A DNA stretch of 62,466 bases, counting the filler. It is 6 parts of 6 records of this genome, joined end to end, with 100 filler letters (N's around TTAATTAATTAA, not from the genome) between each part and the next. Parts side by side here need not be neighbours in the genome. Positions count along the whole stretch, not along the records: positions 15,114 to 27,045 come from SRR20825010_6471; positions 27,146 to 37,720 come from SRR20825010_6483; 4 more parts are not named here. One strand, given 5' to 3'. Below the pieces are notes generated by a model. It searched no databases. It was not told where the DNA came from and saw nothing but the letters and a program-made list of their open reading frames with translations. The position numbers were made by a program, and so were the translations under genes. Shown here piece after piece: positions 20,465 through 30,019 of this stretch (position 1 is the stretch's first letter; each line of letters opens with the position of its first letter).

Positions 20465-20935
20465 TTACTCGGCATTGGCCAGTGTAGCCTCGATTTCTGC
20501 CGGTTTGCTGTGCCCTGAGGTGATCGCGATCTGGCGCGGCTTCAATTGCTCAGGGATGCGGCGCTCGAGATCCACATGCAGAAGGCCGTTTGCCAGCGAG
20601 GCGCCTTTTACTTCCACATGATCAGCTAGTTGGAAGCGGCGTTCAAAGCTGCGACCTGCAATGCCCTGATGCAGATAATTGGTGTCTTCCTGCTCGCTGC
20701 GCTTTCCCGAAATGGTAAGCACGTTCTGGTTCACCTCCAGCGACAGGTCGCTTTCGGAAAAGCCTGCTACCGCCATGGTGATGCGATAGTTTTGATCGCC
20801 CGTGCGTTCAATATTATAGGGGGGATAGGTCGGTGAGCCTGCCTCGCGCGAAACGCTGTCGAGCAGCGAATGGAGCTGGTCAAAGCCGACTGTGGAGCGA
20901 TAAAGCGGGGAAAAGTCAAAAGCACGCATAGTCAT
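20465..20935 (-). CDS. ibpA: Small heat shock protein (Hsp20, IbpA-like)
   Basis: FDFSPLYRSTVGFD, YPPYNIE, YLHQGIA, FERRFQLAD, NGLLHVDL. Confidence 0.96.
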   Translation of the reverse strand: MTMRAFDFSPLYRSTVGFDQLHSLLDSVSREAGSPTYPPYNIERTGDQNYRITMAVAGFSESDLSLEVNQNVLTISGKRSEQEDTNYLHQGIAGRSFERRFQLADHVEVKGASLANGLLHVDLERRIPEQLKPRQIAITSGHSKPAEIEATLANAE

Positions 20936-20936
20936 T

Positions 20937-20989
20937 CATCCTTTTTTGAGCCCAAGGGCCTTTTCGGCCCAAGGCTGCTGAAAGCAATG
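20937..20989 (-). promoter_or_regulatory. ROSE-like RNA thermometer hairpin in the ibpA 5' UTR
   Basis: On the mRNA, CAUUGCUUU can pair with AAAGGAUG (the SD) leaving a bulged G, the ROSE U(U/C)GCU signature; internal GGGCC-GAAAA-GGCCC stem. Confidence 0.7.
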
Positions 20990-21083
20990 GTATAGAGAGG
21001 GGGAAGAAGGTCTTGATGCTGCCAATTGGCCAGCAGAACCTATCCCGCTCACGAACCCGTCTAGTGCGGCGTCCGTGAATAAG

Positions 21084-21112
21084 AGATGGGAATTGCGATA
21101 TTTGGCGTCAAG
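21084..21112 (-). promoter_or_regulatory. RpoH (sigma32)-type promoter of ibpA
   Basis: Minus strand CTTGAC-N15-TCCCATCT, about 150 nt upstream of a small HSP gene. Confidence 0.75.
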
Positions 21113-21153
21113 ACCGGCTAGGCCAATTTTTTGATCGTGATTGGGGGATCATT

Positions 21154-22365
21154 ATGAAAATCAGGGTGTTCGCACTCGCAGGCTTATTGGCCGCCGCTTT
21201 TGTGGCGCCAGCGCAGGCAGATGACGCCGACATTATCCGGCTGGGGGCCGCGGTGTCGCTGAGCGGTAAATATTCCACCAATGGCGTTTATACCCGCAAC
21301 GGCTATGACCTTGCTGTCTCGCAGATCAACGGGCGTGGCGGCGTAAAGGTTGGCGACAAATCCCACAAGCTCGAAATCGTATATTACGATGATGAATCGA
21401 CGCCTGCGCGCGGGGCACAACTGGCCGAGCGTTTGATTCAGCAGGATGGCGTCAAATATCTGCTCGGGCCTTACTCATCTGGTCTTGTCGAAGCGATGGC
21501 GCCCGTCACCGAAAAGTATGGGGTGCCGATGGTGGAGGCCAATGGTGCCGCAGTGTCGCTGTTCCGTAAGGGCTATAAGTATCTCTTTGCTGTGCTCTCC
21601 ACGACCGATCAGTATCTGAAGGGTGCTGTCGCGCTGGCCGCTTCGCGTGCAGAAGATCCGAAGAAGCTCAAGATCGCGATGGCTTTCGAGAATGATCCCT
21701 TCTCGCAGGATGTGCGGGAAGGTGTGCTGGCCGATGCAAAATCATTCGGCATCAAGATCGTCATCGATGACAAGTTGCCGCCTGATCTTAACGACATGTC
21801 GGCCACATTGACCAAAGTCAAATTGCTGAAACCCGATGTGCTGATCATTTCAGGTCATGAAAAGGGCGCAGCCACAGCAATTCGCCAATTGGCCGATCAG
21901 CGCGTCAATGTTCCCATGCTTGCCATGACACATTGCGATAGCGCGCAGATCGCGGAAAAATACGGCAAGGCGGCGGAGTATACGCTTTGCGCTGCGCAAT
22001 GGGCGCCGTCGCTCTCTTATTCCGATGAGCTTTTCGGCAAGGCAGCTGACTACGCCGCACTATATGAAAAGACGTATAACGAGCAGGCACCCTATCAGGC
22101 GGCGGAATCAAGTGCTGCTGTGCAAGTCTTTGCCGATGCCTTTACGCGGGCAGGCAGTCTGGATCCGAAGGACGTGCGTGACGCGCTCTCGCAGACAAAC
22201 ATCGCCAGTTTTTATGGCCCGGTTCGGTTTGACGAGACCGGCAAGAATGTGGACAAGCCCACTATTCTGTTTCAGGTGCAGGACGGTAAGTATGTTGTCG
22301 TCTATCCCGAAAAATGGGCCGAAGCTAAGCTGCGCACGCCAACGCCAAGCTGGGATGAAAGGTAA
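21154..22365 (+). CDS. ABC transporter substrate-binding protein (Liv/HAAT family)
   Basis: Signal peptide (APAQA), INGRGG, YYDDES, LLGPYSS; first gene of a five-gene HAAT operon. Confidence 0.92.
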   Translation: MKIRVFALAGLLAAAFVAPAQADDADIIRLGAAVSLSGKYSTNGVYTRNGYDLAVSQINGRGGVKVGDKSHKLEIVYYDDESTPARGAQLAERLIQQDGVKYLLGPYSSGLVEAMAPVTEKYGVPMVEANGAAVSLFRKGYKYLFAVLSTTDQYLKGAVALAASRAEDPKKLKIAMAFENDPFSQDVREGVLADAKSFGIKIVIDDKLPPDLNDMSATLTKVKLLKPDVLIISGHEKGAATAIRQLADQRVNVPMLAMTHCDSAQIAEKYGKAAEYTLCAAQWAPSLSYSDELFGKAADYAALYEKTYNEQAPYQAAESSAAVQVFADAFTRAGSLDPKDVRDALSQTNIASFYGPVRFDETGKNVDKPTILFQVQDGKYVVVYPEKWAEAKLRTPTPSWDER

Positions 22366-22373
22366 TTGTCCGC

Positions 22374-23276
22374 GTGATCGATAATTTTCTTTTGCTCGTG
22401 CAGCATCCCGCTTTCGCGCTCGATGTTGTGCTGAACGGTTTGCTGGCAGGCTCAATTTTTGCGCTTGCCGCTTATGGCATGTCGCTTGTCTGGGGTGTGC
22501 TCAATATCGTCAATATTGTGCAGGGCGAGTTTGTGGTGCTGGGTGGATTCATTGCCTTTGTGCTGATTGGGCATGATGTTCCGGCCTTTGTCGCCTTGCC
22601 ATTATCCGCCATCATCATGTTCGGTTTTGGCTATGTACTCTATCACACGGTTATTTTCCGCGTGGTAGACAAGGACCTGTTCATCTCCATCCTCGCCACA
22701 TTCGGTCTGTCCATCGTCATCCAGCAGTTGATGAATACGATCTTTGGATCAGACGTGCGTAGCATTGATACAGGGCTTGGATCGTTTTTCATGCTGGATG
22801 GTGCTGTTACAGTTGCATGGATCAAACTGATCGCATTTGCGCTGGCGCTTTTATGTGGTGGGGCCCTGTGGTTTTTCTTGCGGTATGCGCGGCTGGGTCA
22901 GGCTATTCGCGCTACAGCACAAAACCCGCGCGCGGCACATATTCTTGGCATTGACACAAACCATGTCTATGCACTCACCTATGGCCTTAATGCGGCTCTA
23001 TGCGGTGCAGCAGGTAGTCTCGCTGTCATGGCCTGGACGATCCATCCTTATATCGGTCTGCCTTATACGGTGCGTTCTTTCATGATCGTGGTCGTTGCCG
23101 GTCTGGGCAATGTCGCTGGTGTGATTGCTGCCGGTCTGTCGCTTGGAGCATTGGAAAATGTGGCTGGCTTCGTGCTGGGGGCTGAATACCAGATCGCCTT
23201 TGTCTTCGCTCTTATGGTGGTCATTCTCGTCTGGCGCAACTGGCGGGCGGCCCGTCGCAGGTCCTATCTCTCATGA
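22374..23276 (+). CDS. HAAT ABC permease (LivH-like)
   Basis: GMSLVWGVLNIVN, LGQAIRATAQN, hydrophobic throughout. Confidence 0.9.
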   Translation: MIDNFLLLVQHPAFALDVVLNGLLAGSIFALAAYGMSLVWGVLNIVNIVQGEFVVLGGFIAFVLIGHDVPAFVALPLSAIIMFGFGYVLYHTVIFRVVDKDLFISILATFGLSIVIQQLMNTIFGSDVRSIDTGLGSFFMLDGAVTVAWIKLIAFALALLCGGALWFFLRYARLGQAIRATAQNPRAAHILGIDTNHVYALTYGLNAALCGAAGSLAVMAWTIHPYIGLPYTVRSFMIVVVAGLGNVAGVIAAGLSLGALENVAGFVLGAEYQIAFVFALMVVILVWRNWRAARRRSYLS

Positions 23277-24256
23277 TTGATTTGTTTCTCGACAAGTTCC
23301 GGCGTCTGCCAGAACCTGCTTTGCTTATCGGACTTGGCGTTCTGTCATTCGCCGCGCCTTTCGTTATGCCGGGTCTTGTCACCCAGCTTGCCTTCCTATG
23401 GCTCATGGTTGTGTTGGCTCAGACATGGGATGTGCTGGGCGGTCAGCTTGGCTATAACTCGTTTGGCAATGTGCTTTTTTTCGGCATCGGCTGTTATGCC
23501 TGTGCGGTCATCCAGCGCGATAGCGGCCTTCCTTACTTTGATGCGCTGGCCGTCGGGCTTGCGCTCGCTGCCTTGTTGGCACTGGTTGCTGCACTTGTCT
23601 TCGGCTTTATGCTTCTTGGTATTCGCGGTCACTACTTTGCAATTGCCACATTGGGACTCGGCATTGCGGCTGGCGAGATTGCCGCAGGTTGGGATTACAT
23701 TGGTGCTGGCTCAGGTATGGCCATGCCGCTCTTTCCTGGCGAGCTTGGAAGCCGCGAGCTGTTTTTCTATTTCCTCATGCTTGCAATAGCCGTTGCCTGT
23801 TTCTTCACGCTGCGCTGGCTCTATGGCACACGTTTCGGCCTTGCTATGAATGCTATTCGTGACGACGAGGACAAGGCAGAGGCCATGGGCTTGCGCACCA
23901 CTTCCATCAAGACAGTCGCATGGGCAATCTCCTCCGTCTTTCTTGGACTGGCCGGGGGTGTCGCGGGGAATATGCTCGGGTTTATTGATCCGCGCGATGT
24001 CGCTTTTTCTGGTGCCACATTCGGCGTTTGGATGGTGCTGATGGCGATCCTCGGTGGCAAGGGCACGCTTTGGGGGCCGGTCATTGGTGCGATCATCTTC
24101 CACATTACCAAGGAACTCTTCTGGACCTATTTGCTTGGCTGGCAGCGTGTCGCGCTCGGTCTGCTTATTGTCGGCATTGTTTTGTTTTTCCCGCAAGGCA
24201 TCATGGGTTGGCTTGCCGCACGGCGTCAGGCCTCACGTGAGGAGGTGGCATCATGA
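23273..24256 (+). CDS. HAAT ABC permease (LivM-like)
   Basis: IRGHYFAIATL, FGLAMNAIRDDE, ILGGKGTLWGP; ATGA overlap with the upstream gene. Confidence 0.9.
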   Translation: MIDLFLDKFRRLPEPALLIGLGVLSFAAPFVMPGLVTQLAFLWLMVVLAQTWDVLGGQLGYNSFGNVLFFGIGCYACAVIQRDSGLPYFDALAVGLALAALLALVAALVFGFMLLGIRGHYFAIATLGLGIAAGEIAAGWDYIGAGSGMAMPLFPGELGSRELFFYFLMLAIAVACFFTLRWLYGTRFGLAMNAIRDDEDKAEAMGLRTTSIKTVAWAISSVFLGLAGGVAGNMLGFIDPRDVAFSGATFGVWMVLMAILGGKGTLWGPVIGAIIFHITKELFWTYLLGWQRVALGLLIVGIVLFFPQGIMGWLAARRQASREEVAS

Positions 24257-24996
24257 CTCATCTTCTCGAAGTCAAAGGTGTCATGAAGCGTTTTGGCGGC
24301 GTGGTCGCTAATGATGATATTTCGCTCAACGTCCGTGATGGTGCCATTGTAGGTCTTATCGGTCCCAACGGATCGGGAAAGACGACGTTGTTCGGAGCGA
24401 TCACGGGCGCATTCCCGATTGATGGTGGCGATGTCGTTTTCAACGGTGTGTCCATTTCACAAAGCCGCGTTGGGCCTATTGTCCGTTCGGGCCTTGTGCG
24501 CACCTATCAGCAGACGCGCATCTATGGCGAAATGAACTGTATGGAGAATATGCAGATTTCGTCGCGCAGTTCACAGGGCGGTGTACTCTCTCTGTTGCGT
24601 CTTAAGGCGCGAGGCACAGCCAATCGTGCGGAAGACCTTCTTGCCTTTGTCGGACTTTATGAGAAGCGTTTCGAGCTAGCGGGCCGTCTGAGTTTTGGTC
24701 AGCAAAAACTTCTTGAATTCGCCATGGCCCTGATGAGCGAGCCGAAGCTTCTGCTGCTTGATGAGCCGACTGCGGGCATCAATCCGACTCTGATTAACGG
24801 GCTGATTGATCGTTTGCAGAGAGCGAATAAGGAACTTGGTGTGACGCTTCTGGTGATCGAGCACAATATGCGCGTCATTATGAACCTCGCCAGCGATATA
24901 ACCTGTCTTGCCCATGGACGCGTGCTGGCTCAGGGCTCGCCGGATGAAGTGCGCAACGATCCGCGTGTGCTGGATGCTTATCTGGGGGCGCAGTAA
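24253..24996 (+). CDS. HAAT ABC ATP-binding protein (LivG-like)
   Basis: GPNGSGKTT, LSFGQQ, LLLDEPTAG, IEHNM, AYLG C-terminus. Confidence 0.93.
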   Translation: MTHLLEVKGVMKRFGGVVANDDISLNVRDGAIVGLIGPNGSGKTTLFGAITGAFPIDGGDVVFNGVSISQSRVGPIVRSGLVRTYQQTRIYGEMNCMENMQISSRSSQGGVLSLLRLKARGTANRAEDLLAFVGLYEKRFELAGRLSFGQQKLLEFAMALMSEPKLLLLDEPTAGINPTLINGLIDRLQRANKELGVTLLVIEHNMRVIMNLASDITCLAHGRVLAQGSPDEVRNDPRVLDAYLGAQ

Positions 24997-25868
24997 TGAC
25001 CGATAGAAACCCACAGGACGAGCGCAAGCTGGCAGCAGGCTATGGTGAGGGCGGTGTGGCTCCGGCCATGTCGGTCAGTGATGTCGCACGGCAGGCCGAA
25101 GACATTGGGCCGTCTGTCACTCGCGAGGAGTTGCTGGCGCTTGCCGGTAGCAAACCTGTTCTGGAATTGCGCGGACTTCATGCTGGTTACGGCGCGATGG
25201 AAATCCTGCATGGCATTGATTTGGCGGTCGGTGCGGCAGGCAGCCTTTGCATTGTTGGTCCTAATGGTGCAGGTAAATCTACTGTTCTGCATTCGATTTT
25301 CGGGTTCACCAAAATCACAGGCGGAGAGATTTTATCTGGCGGCAAGCCTGTTACAAATCTCACGCCGTCGGACAAACTTGCCAAGGCGGGTATTGCTTAC
25401 ATTCTTCAGGACAATTCCATTTTCCCTGACATGACGGTCGAGGAAAACCTGCTTATGGGGGGCTATCTTCTCGCGGATCGGGTGAAGACGCGGGAAGCTG
25501 CGGAGCGTGTATTCGCGCAATATGAGAGGCTTGCCAAGCGTCGTCGTGAACGTGCGGGTGTTTTGTCGGGTGGGGAGCGGCGACTTCTAGAAATCAGCCG
25601 CGCCCTCATCATGAATCCACAGGTTTTGTTGGTGGACGAACCATCCATCGGGCTTGAGCCGCGGATGATTGATATGGTGTTCGATATTCTGGCAGATCTG
25701 CGCGATACGCATGGCAAAACCATCATCATGGTGGAGCAAAACGCCAAGCGCGGGCTTGAATTTGCCGATATTGGGTATGTCATGGTGTCGGGCCGTGTGG
25801 CGCTGGCGGCAGCCGGTGCCGAATTGCTGGATAATGAACAGGTCGGACGCCTCTTTCTCGGCGGTTAG
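24996..25868 (+). CDS. HAAT ABC ATP-binding protein (LivF-like) with N-terminal extension
   Basis: GPNGAGKST, LSGGER, LLVDEPSIGL, VEQNA; TAATG overlap with the upstream gene. Confidence 0.92.
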   Translation: MTDRNPQDERKLAAGYGEGGVAPAMSVSDVARQAEDIGPSVTREELLALAGSKPVLELRGLHAGYGAMEILHGIDLAVGAAGSLCIVGPNGAGKSTVLHSIFGFTKITGGEILSGGKPVTNLTPSDKLAKAGIAYILQDNSIFPDMTVEENLLMGGYLLADRVKTREAAERVFAQYERLAKRRRERAGVLSGGERRLLEISRALIMNPQVLLVDEPSIGLEPRMIDMVFDILADLRDTHGKTIIMVEQNAKRGLEFADIGYVMVSGRVALAAAGAELLDNEQVGRLFLGG

Positions 25869-25891
25869 CCGCATATTCCTGCCGTTTTACA

Positions 25892-25932
25892 TGAATACAA
25901 GATGAACGGGGCTTCCAGACATCGTTCAGGCG
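25892..25932 (+). promoter_or_regulatory. Putative transcription-factor operator, copy 1
   Basis: TGAAT-N6-TGAAC-N16-GTTCAGGCG; the same pattern recurs with identical spacing at 26455-26495. Confidence 0.6.
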
Positions 25933-25991
25933 GCAAGGCTCATCCTTCTGTGCATGGGGACATTTCACTATGCAAATTACAGGAGGCAAAA

Positions 25992-26378
25992 ATGAGAAAA
26001 TTTCTCGCATTGGCCGGTATTGCAACAGCGCTGATGATTGCCGCTCCAATGGCCGCTCAGGCCGATAGCTATCGTTCCGATCATCGTCAGGCACATCGTA
26101 GCGACAATCATTCTGCACATCGCGATCACCGTGATGCGCGCCGTGATCACCGTGACGCGCGTCGCGATCATCGTGAGTACCGTCGTGACTATCGTCAGAT
26201 GAAGCGTCATTCCTTCAATCATTGGCGTCCGGCGTTAGAGCGTCGTCATTATCGTGGCTTCGGTCGTCCGGTGTTTCACGATCACTATTACCGCGTCCGC
26301 GCATTCGACCGATTTGGACGCATAGTTTTTCTTTCGGTCAATGCCTATACCGGCGTGCTGATTTCCGTCGGTCGTTGA
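25992..26378 (+). CDS. Secreted Arg/His/Asp-rich protein with a PepSY-like C-terminus
   Basis: AGGAGG RBS, signal peptide ending APMAAQA, RDHRDAR repeats, C-terminal YRVRA...VNAYTG reminiscent of PepSY. Confidence 0.75.
   Translation: MRKFLALAGIATALMIAAPMAAQADSYRSDHRQAHRSDNHSAHRDHRDARRDHRDARRDHREYRRDYRQMKRHSFNHWRPALERRHYRGFGRPVFHDHYYRVRAFDRFGRIVFLSVNAYTGVLISVGR
26121..26204 (+). repeat. Intragenic 21-bp tandem repeat, about 4 degenerate units (RDHRDAR heptads)
   Basis: CGCGATCACCGTGATGCGCGC / CGTGATCACCGTGACGCGCGT / CGCGATCATCGTGAGTACCGT / CGTGACTATCGTCAGATGAAG. Confidence 0.8.
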
Positions 26379-26402
26379 TACCGCTTCTCCTCGTAACTTG
26401 AT

Positions 26403-26429
26403 GGCCCCGCCTCGGCGGGGTCTTTTTTT
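26403..26429 (+). terminator. Rho-independent terminator
   Basis: GGCCCCGC-CTCG-GCGGGGTC followed by T7. Confidence 0.88.
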
Positions 26430-26454
26430 GCCTATTTTTGAAAAAATTTTCGCC

Positions 26455-26495
26455 TGAACGAATTATGAATATGCAGGCCAGCATGAGTTCAGGCG
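26455..26495 (+). promoter_or_regulatory. Putative transcription-factor operator, copy 2
   Basis: TGAAC-N6-TGAAT-N16-GTTCAGGCG. Confidence 0.6.
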
Positions 26496-26557
26496 CAGGG
26501 CGTCATTGTCAGTGTCAAGGATCGATCCCCGGTCCAAGACATTTCAAGGAGGCTCCC

Positions 26558-27045
26558 ATGAAGTCGTTTTTCGTAGTCGCCGGTCTCAGCACCGCTCTTC
26601 TCGCCGCAGCTCCGATGGCCGCTCAGGCTCAGCCCTTTGCGCATGCCAAGCAGGGCGGGGCGTTCAGCTTCACAGTCACAAAGACCCAGGTGCGCACAGG
26701 CCATGATTACAACTCTTATCGTTCGCAGCGCGGCAGCATCATGCCAATCGGCAAAGTTGTGCGCGAGCTGGAACGTCGTAGCGGTGCAACGGTCACGGAC
26801 ATCAACCTTGCAAAAAACGGTAAAGTCTACAATTTCGAAGGTGTGACCGCACGCGGCTTCATTGTGGAAGCGAAGGCCGATGCCTATACGGGCAAGGTCA
26901 AGAATGTGAAATTCACGAAGTTCCGTCCGAAATATGATCCCAAGGGAATGCCTATCAACAAACTGCTCGCTGATCTGCGCGATAAGGGGTTCCATCACTT
27001 TGATCTGGTGAGCCTCAAGGACCAGCGCGGCATCTATGTTGTGCG
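26558..27045 (+). CDS. Secreted PepSY-like repeat protein, 3' truncated
   Basis: AAGGAGG RBS, signal peptide ending APMAAQA, PepSY-like unit (MPIGKVVREL...ADAYTGKV) and the start of a second unit (MPINKLLADL). Confidence 0.72.
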
Positions 27046-27145
27046 NNNNNNNNNNNNNNNNNNNNNNNNNNNNNNNNNNNNNNNNNNNNTTAATTAATTA
27101 ANNNNNNNNNNNNNNNNNNNNNNNNNNNNNNNNNNNNNNNNNNNN
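27046..27145. other. Artificial contig spacer
   Basis: N-run with central TTAATTAATTAA. Confidence 0.98.
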
Positions 27146-29635
27146 TTCCCCGGTTACTTCCTGATCGTTGCCGACTTTATTCAGTGGGGCAAGGACAACG
27201 AAGTTCCCGTGGGCCCGGGCCGGGGGTCCGGTGCGGGCTCCCTGGTGGCCTATGCCATGAAGATTACCGACCTGGACCCCATCGGTTACGACTTGCTGTT
27301 CGAACGTTTCCTGAACCCGGAACGGGTCTCCATGCCTGACTTTGACGTCGACTTTTGCATGGAAAAGCGCGACCGCGTGATCAACTACGTGGCGGACAAG
27401 TACGGCCGTGACGCGGTGAGCCAGATCATCACCTTCGGTACCATGGCCGCCAAGGCGGTGGTGCGCGACGTGGCACGGGTGCAGGGCAAGCCCTACGGGC
27501 TGGCCGATCGCCTGTCCAAGATGATCCCCGGCATTCCAGGTATGACGCTGACCAAGGCGCTGGAGCAGGAAGAAACCCTGCGGGAATTTCTGGAAAGCGA
27601 CGAAAATTCCGACAAGGATGCCGCCAACGAAATCATGGAGATGGCCTTCAAGCTGGAAGGTCTGACCCGCAACGTGGGCAAGCACGCCGGGGGCGTGGTG
27701 ATCGCCCCGGGCAAGCTGACGGACTTCGCGCCGCTTTACTGTGAAGAAGACGGCACCAACCTGGTCACCCAGTACGACAAGGACGATGTGGAGTCCGCTG
27801 GCCTGGTGAAGTTTGACTTCCTCGGTCTGAAAACCTTGACCATCATCGACTGGGCCGTCAAAGCCGCCAACGTGAAGCGCGGCCGCGAAGGGCTGGATGA
27901 TCTGGTGATTGATCACATCCCCCTGGATGACGGCCCCAGTTTCGACCTGCTCAAGCGGGGCGATACCACGGCGGTGTTCCAGCTGGAAAGTCAGGGCATG
28001 AAGGAGCTGATCAAAAAGCTGCAGCCCGACGTATTCGAAGACATCATCGCTTTGGTGGCGCTGTACCGTCCGGGCCCGCTGGAGTCCGGCATGGTGGACA
28101 ACTTCGTGAACCGTAAGCACGGTCGCGAACCGCTGGCCTACCCTGATCCGCAATATCAGCATGAGTGGTTGGAGCCGATCCTGAAGCCTTCGTACGGGGT
28201 TATCCTGTATCAGGAGCAGGTGATGCAGATTGCCCAGGAGCTGGCCGGTTACACGCTGGGCGGCGCTGACATGCTGCGTCGGGCCATGGGCAAGAAAAAG
28301 CCTGAAGAAATGGCCAAGCAGCGGGCGATCTTCGAAGAAGGCGCAAAAGGGAAGGGTGTGGACCCGGACCTGGCCATGAAAATTTTTGACCTGGTGGAAA
28401 AATTCGCGGGCTACGGGTTCAACAAATCCCACTCCGCCGCCTATGCGCTGGTTGCCTACCAGACCGCCTGGCTCAAGGTTCACTACCCGGCAGAGTTCAT
28501 GGCCGCCACCATCTCTGCAGATATGCAGAACACCGACAAGGTGGTGACCTTCATTGATGAATGCAAAACCATGGGGTTGCAGGTGCTGCCGCCGGATGTG
28601 AACTCCTGTGGCTACCGCTTCACCGTGAACCCGGAGGGCGACATCGTCTATGGCCTGGGCGCGATCAAGGGGCTGGGCGAAGGCCCCATTGATGCCATCG
28701 TATCGGCGCGGGCGGATGGCGGTGAGTTCAAGGACCTGTTTGATTTCTGTCGCCGCATCGACCTGAAAAAGATCAACCGTCGTTCCCTGGAAGCCATGGT
28801 GCGTGCCGGGGTACTGGACAAGCTGGGACCGAAAAGCAGTTTCCACGACCGCGCGCAGTTGCTGGCCACCTTGCCGGACGCCATCGCTGCTGCAGATCAG
28901 GATGCCCGCAACGAAGCGGCTGGCATCATGGATATGTTCGGGGCCGTGGATGACAGTCCGGCCACGGCGGTGGAGTGGAAACCGGCCCGCGCCTGGAACG
29001 ATGAAACCCGTCTTAATGGCGAGCGTGACACCCTGGGCCTGTTTTTGACCGGCCACCCCATCGACCAGTATGAAAAAGAAGTGCGGCAATTCGTGACTGC
29101 CCGAATCAATTCCCTGCAGCCCACCGGCAAAGGGGAGGCCGCCACCATCGCCGGGCTGGTGGTGGCGCTGCGTATTACCCGCAGCAAACGCAGTGGCGAT
29201 CGGATGGCGTTTATCACCCTGGATGATAAAACCGGGCGGGTAGAAGTGTCTGTCTTCGGCAAGACCTTTGCCGAATACGGCGAGCTGGTGCAGAAAGATA
29301 CCCTGCTGATCTTCAAGGGCGGGGTCCGCAACGACGAATACACAGGCGGTTTTAATCTGGTCGCCGACGAAATCATGGATATGCGCCAGGCCCGCGAAAC
29401 CTTTGCCCGCCGTTTGCGTGTGGCGGTGCCGGTGGCGGACGATTTGCCCCGACAGCTCCAGCAGATGCTGTCGCCGTACCAGGGCGGGAATACCCCGGTG
29501 CTGCTGGATCTGGACCACAACATTGCCGCCGCCAGTTTCTGGCTGGGCGACGAATGGAAAATCAGCCCCCATGAGTCACTGGTGGAAGAGCTGCGCGTGC
29601 GCTTTGGTGAAGACGCAGTGCGGATGGAGTATTAA
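27146..29635 (+). CDS. dnaE: DNA polymerase III alpha subunit, 5' truncated
   Basis: [53 protein letters not shown]-terminal OB fold. Confidence 0.98.
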   Translation, partial: FPGYFLIVADFIQWGKDNEVPVGPGRGSGAGSLVAYAMKITDLDPIGYDLLFERFLNPERVSMPDFDVDFCMEKRDRVINYVADKYGRDAVSQIITFGTMAAKAVVRDVARVQGKPYGLADRLSKMIPGIPGMTLTKALEQEETLREFLESDENSDKDAANEIMEMAFKLEGLTRNVGKHAGGVVIAPGKLTDFAPLYCEEDGTNLVTQYDKDDVESAGLVKFDFLGLKTLTIIDWAVKAANVKRGREGLDDLVIDHIPLDDGPSFDLLKRGDTTAVFQLESQGMKELIKKLQPDVFEDIIALVALYRPGPLESGMVDNFVNRKHGREPLAYPDPQYQHEWLEPILKPSYGVILYQEQVMQIAQELAGYTLGGADMLRRAMGKKKPEEMAKQRAIFEEGAKGKGVDPDLAMKIFDLVEKFAGYGFNKSHSAAYALVAYQTAWLKVHYPAEFMAATISADMQNTDKVVTFIDECKTMGLQVLPPDVNSCGYRFTVNPEGDIVYGLGAIKGLGEGPIDAIVSARADGGEFKDLFDFCRRIDLKKINRRSLEAMVRAGVLDKLGPKSSFHDRAQLLATLPDAIAAADQDARNEAAGIMDMFGAVDDSPATAVEWKPARAWNDETRLNGERDTLGLFLTGHPIDQYEKEVRQFVTARINSLQPTGKGEAATIAGLVVALRITRSKRSGDRMAFITLDDKTGRVEVSVFGKTFAEYGELVQKDTLLIFKGGVRNDEYTGGFNLVADEIMDMRQARETFARRLRVAVPVADDLPRQLQQMLSPYQGGNTPVLLDLDHNIAAASFWLGDEWKISPHESLVEELRVRFGEDAVRMEY

Positions 29636-29641
29636 CATTAG

Positions 29642-29819
29642 ACGCACCACGCACCACGCACCACGCACCATGCACCATGCACCATGCTTCAACACGAGAA
29701 AGCTGCGCTGTAGCCGAGGTGTCGGAGTCCGCGATTCAGGCGCTTGGGCGCGACGCAGGGCCGTTCTTTATGTTCGATGCTCTCCCGCGTTGTTGCGTGA
29801 AGCGTGGGGCGTGCCGCGT
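29642..29819. repeat. Intergenic element with inverted arrays of 7-bp tandem repeats
   Basis: Left arm (ACGCACC)4(ATGCACC)2ATGCTTC at 29642-29690; right arm GTTGCGT GAAGCGT GGGGCGT GCCGCGT at 29792-29819, complementary to the left units. Confidence 0.8.
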
Positions 29820-30019
29820 CTCTTGCTGAAACAGTTTGCAACCTAGCCATGTTGGCCATGTCTCGACGTTGTCATTGGGTTGCGGCTACACTTGTTGCAT
29901 TCTTTTATGGGCAGGTTGCGTTCGGGGTTCGCCGGCGTAGCGTTTCTGCCTTATTGGCGCCAGGGAACGGCCATTCTGGTCCGGGCGCATGCTGATAACA
30001 CCTTGAACAGGCTCAGAAT

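Noticed and set aside
27098-29572. 824-aa minus-strand ORF
   Set aside because: Antisense shadow of dnaE with no recognisable motifs; expected from high-GC codon bias.
29642-29690. Tandem repeats considered as a CRISPR array or a coding THHAPR tract
   Set aside because: The 7-bp units have no spacers and no cas genes are present; the overlapping ORF 29403-29846 is an out-of-frame by-product.
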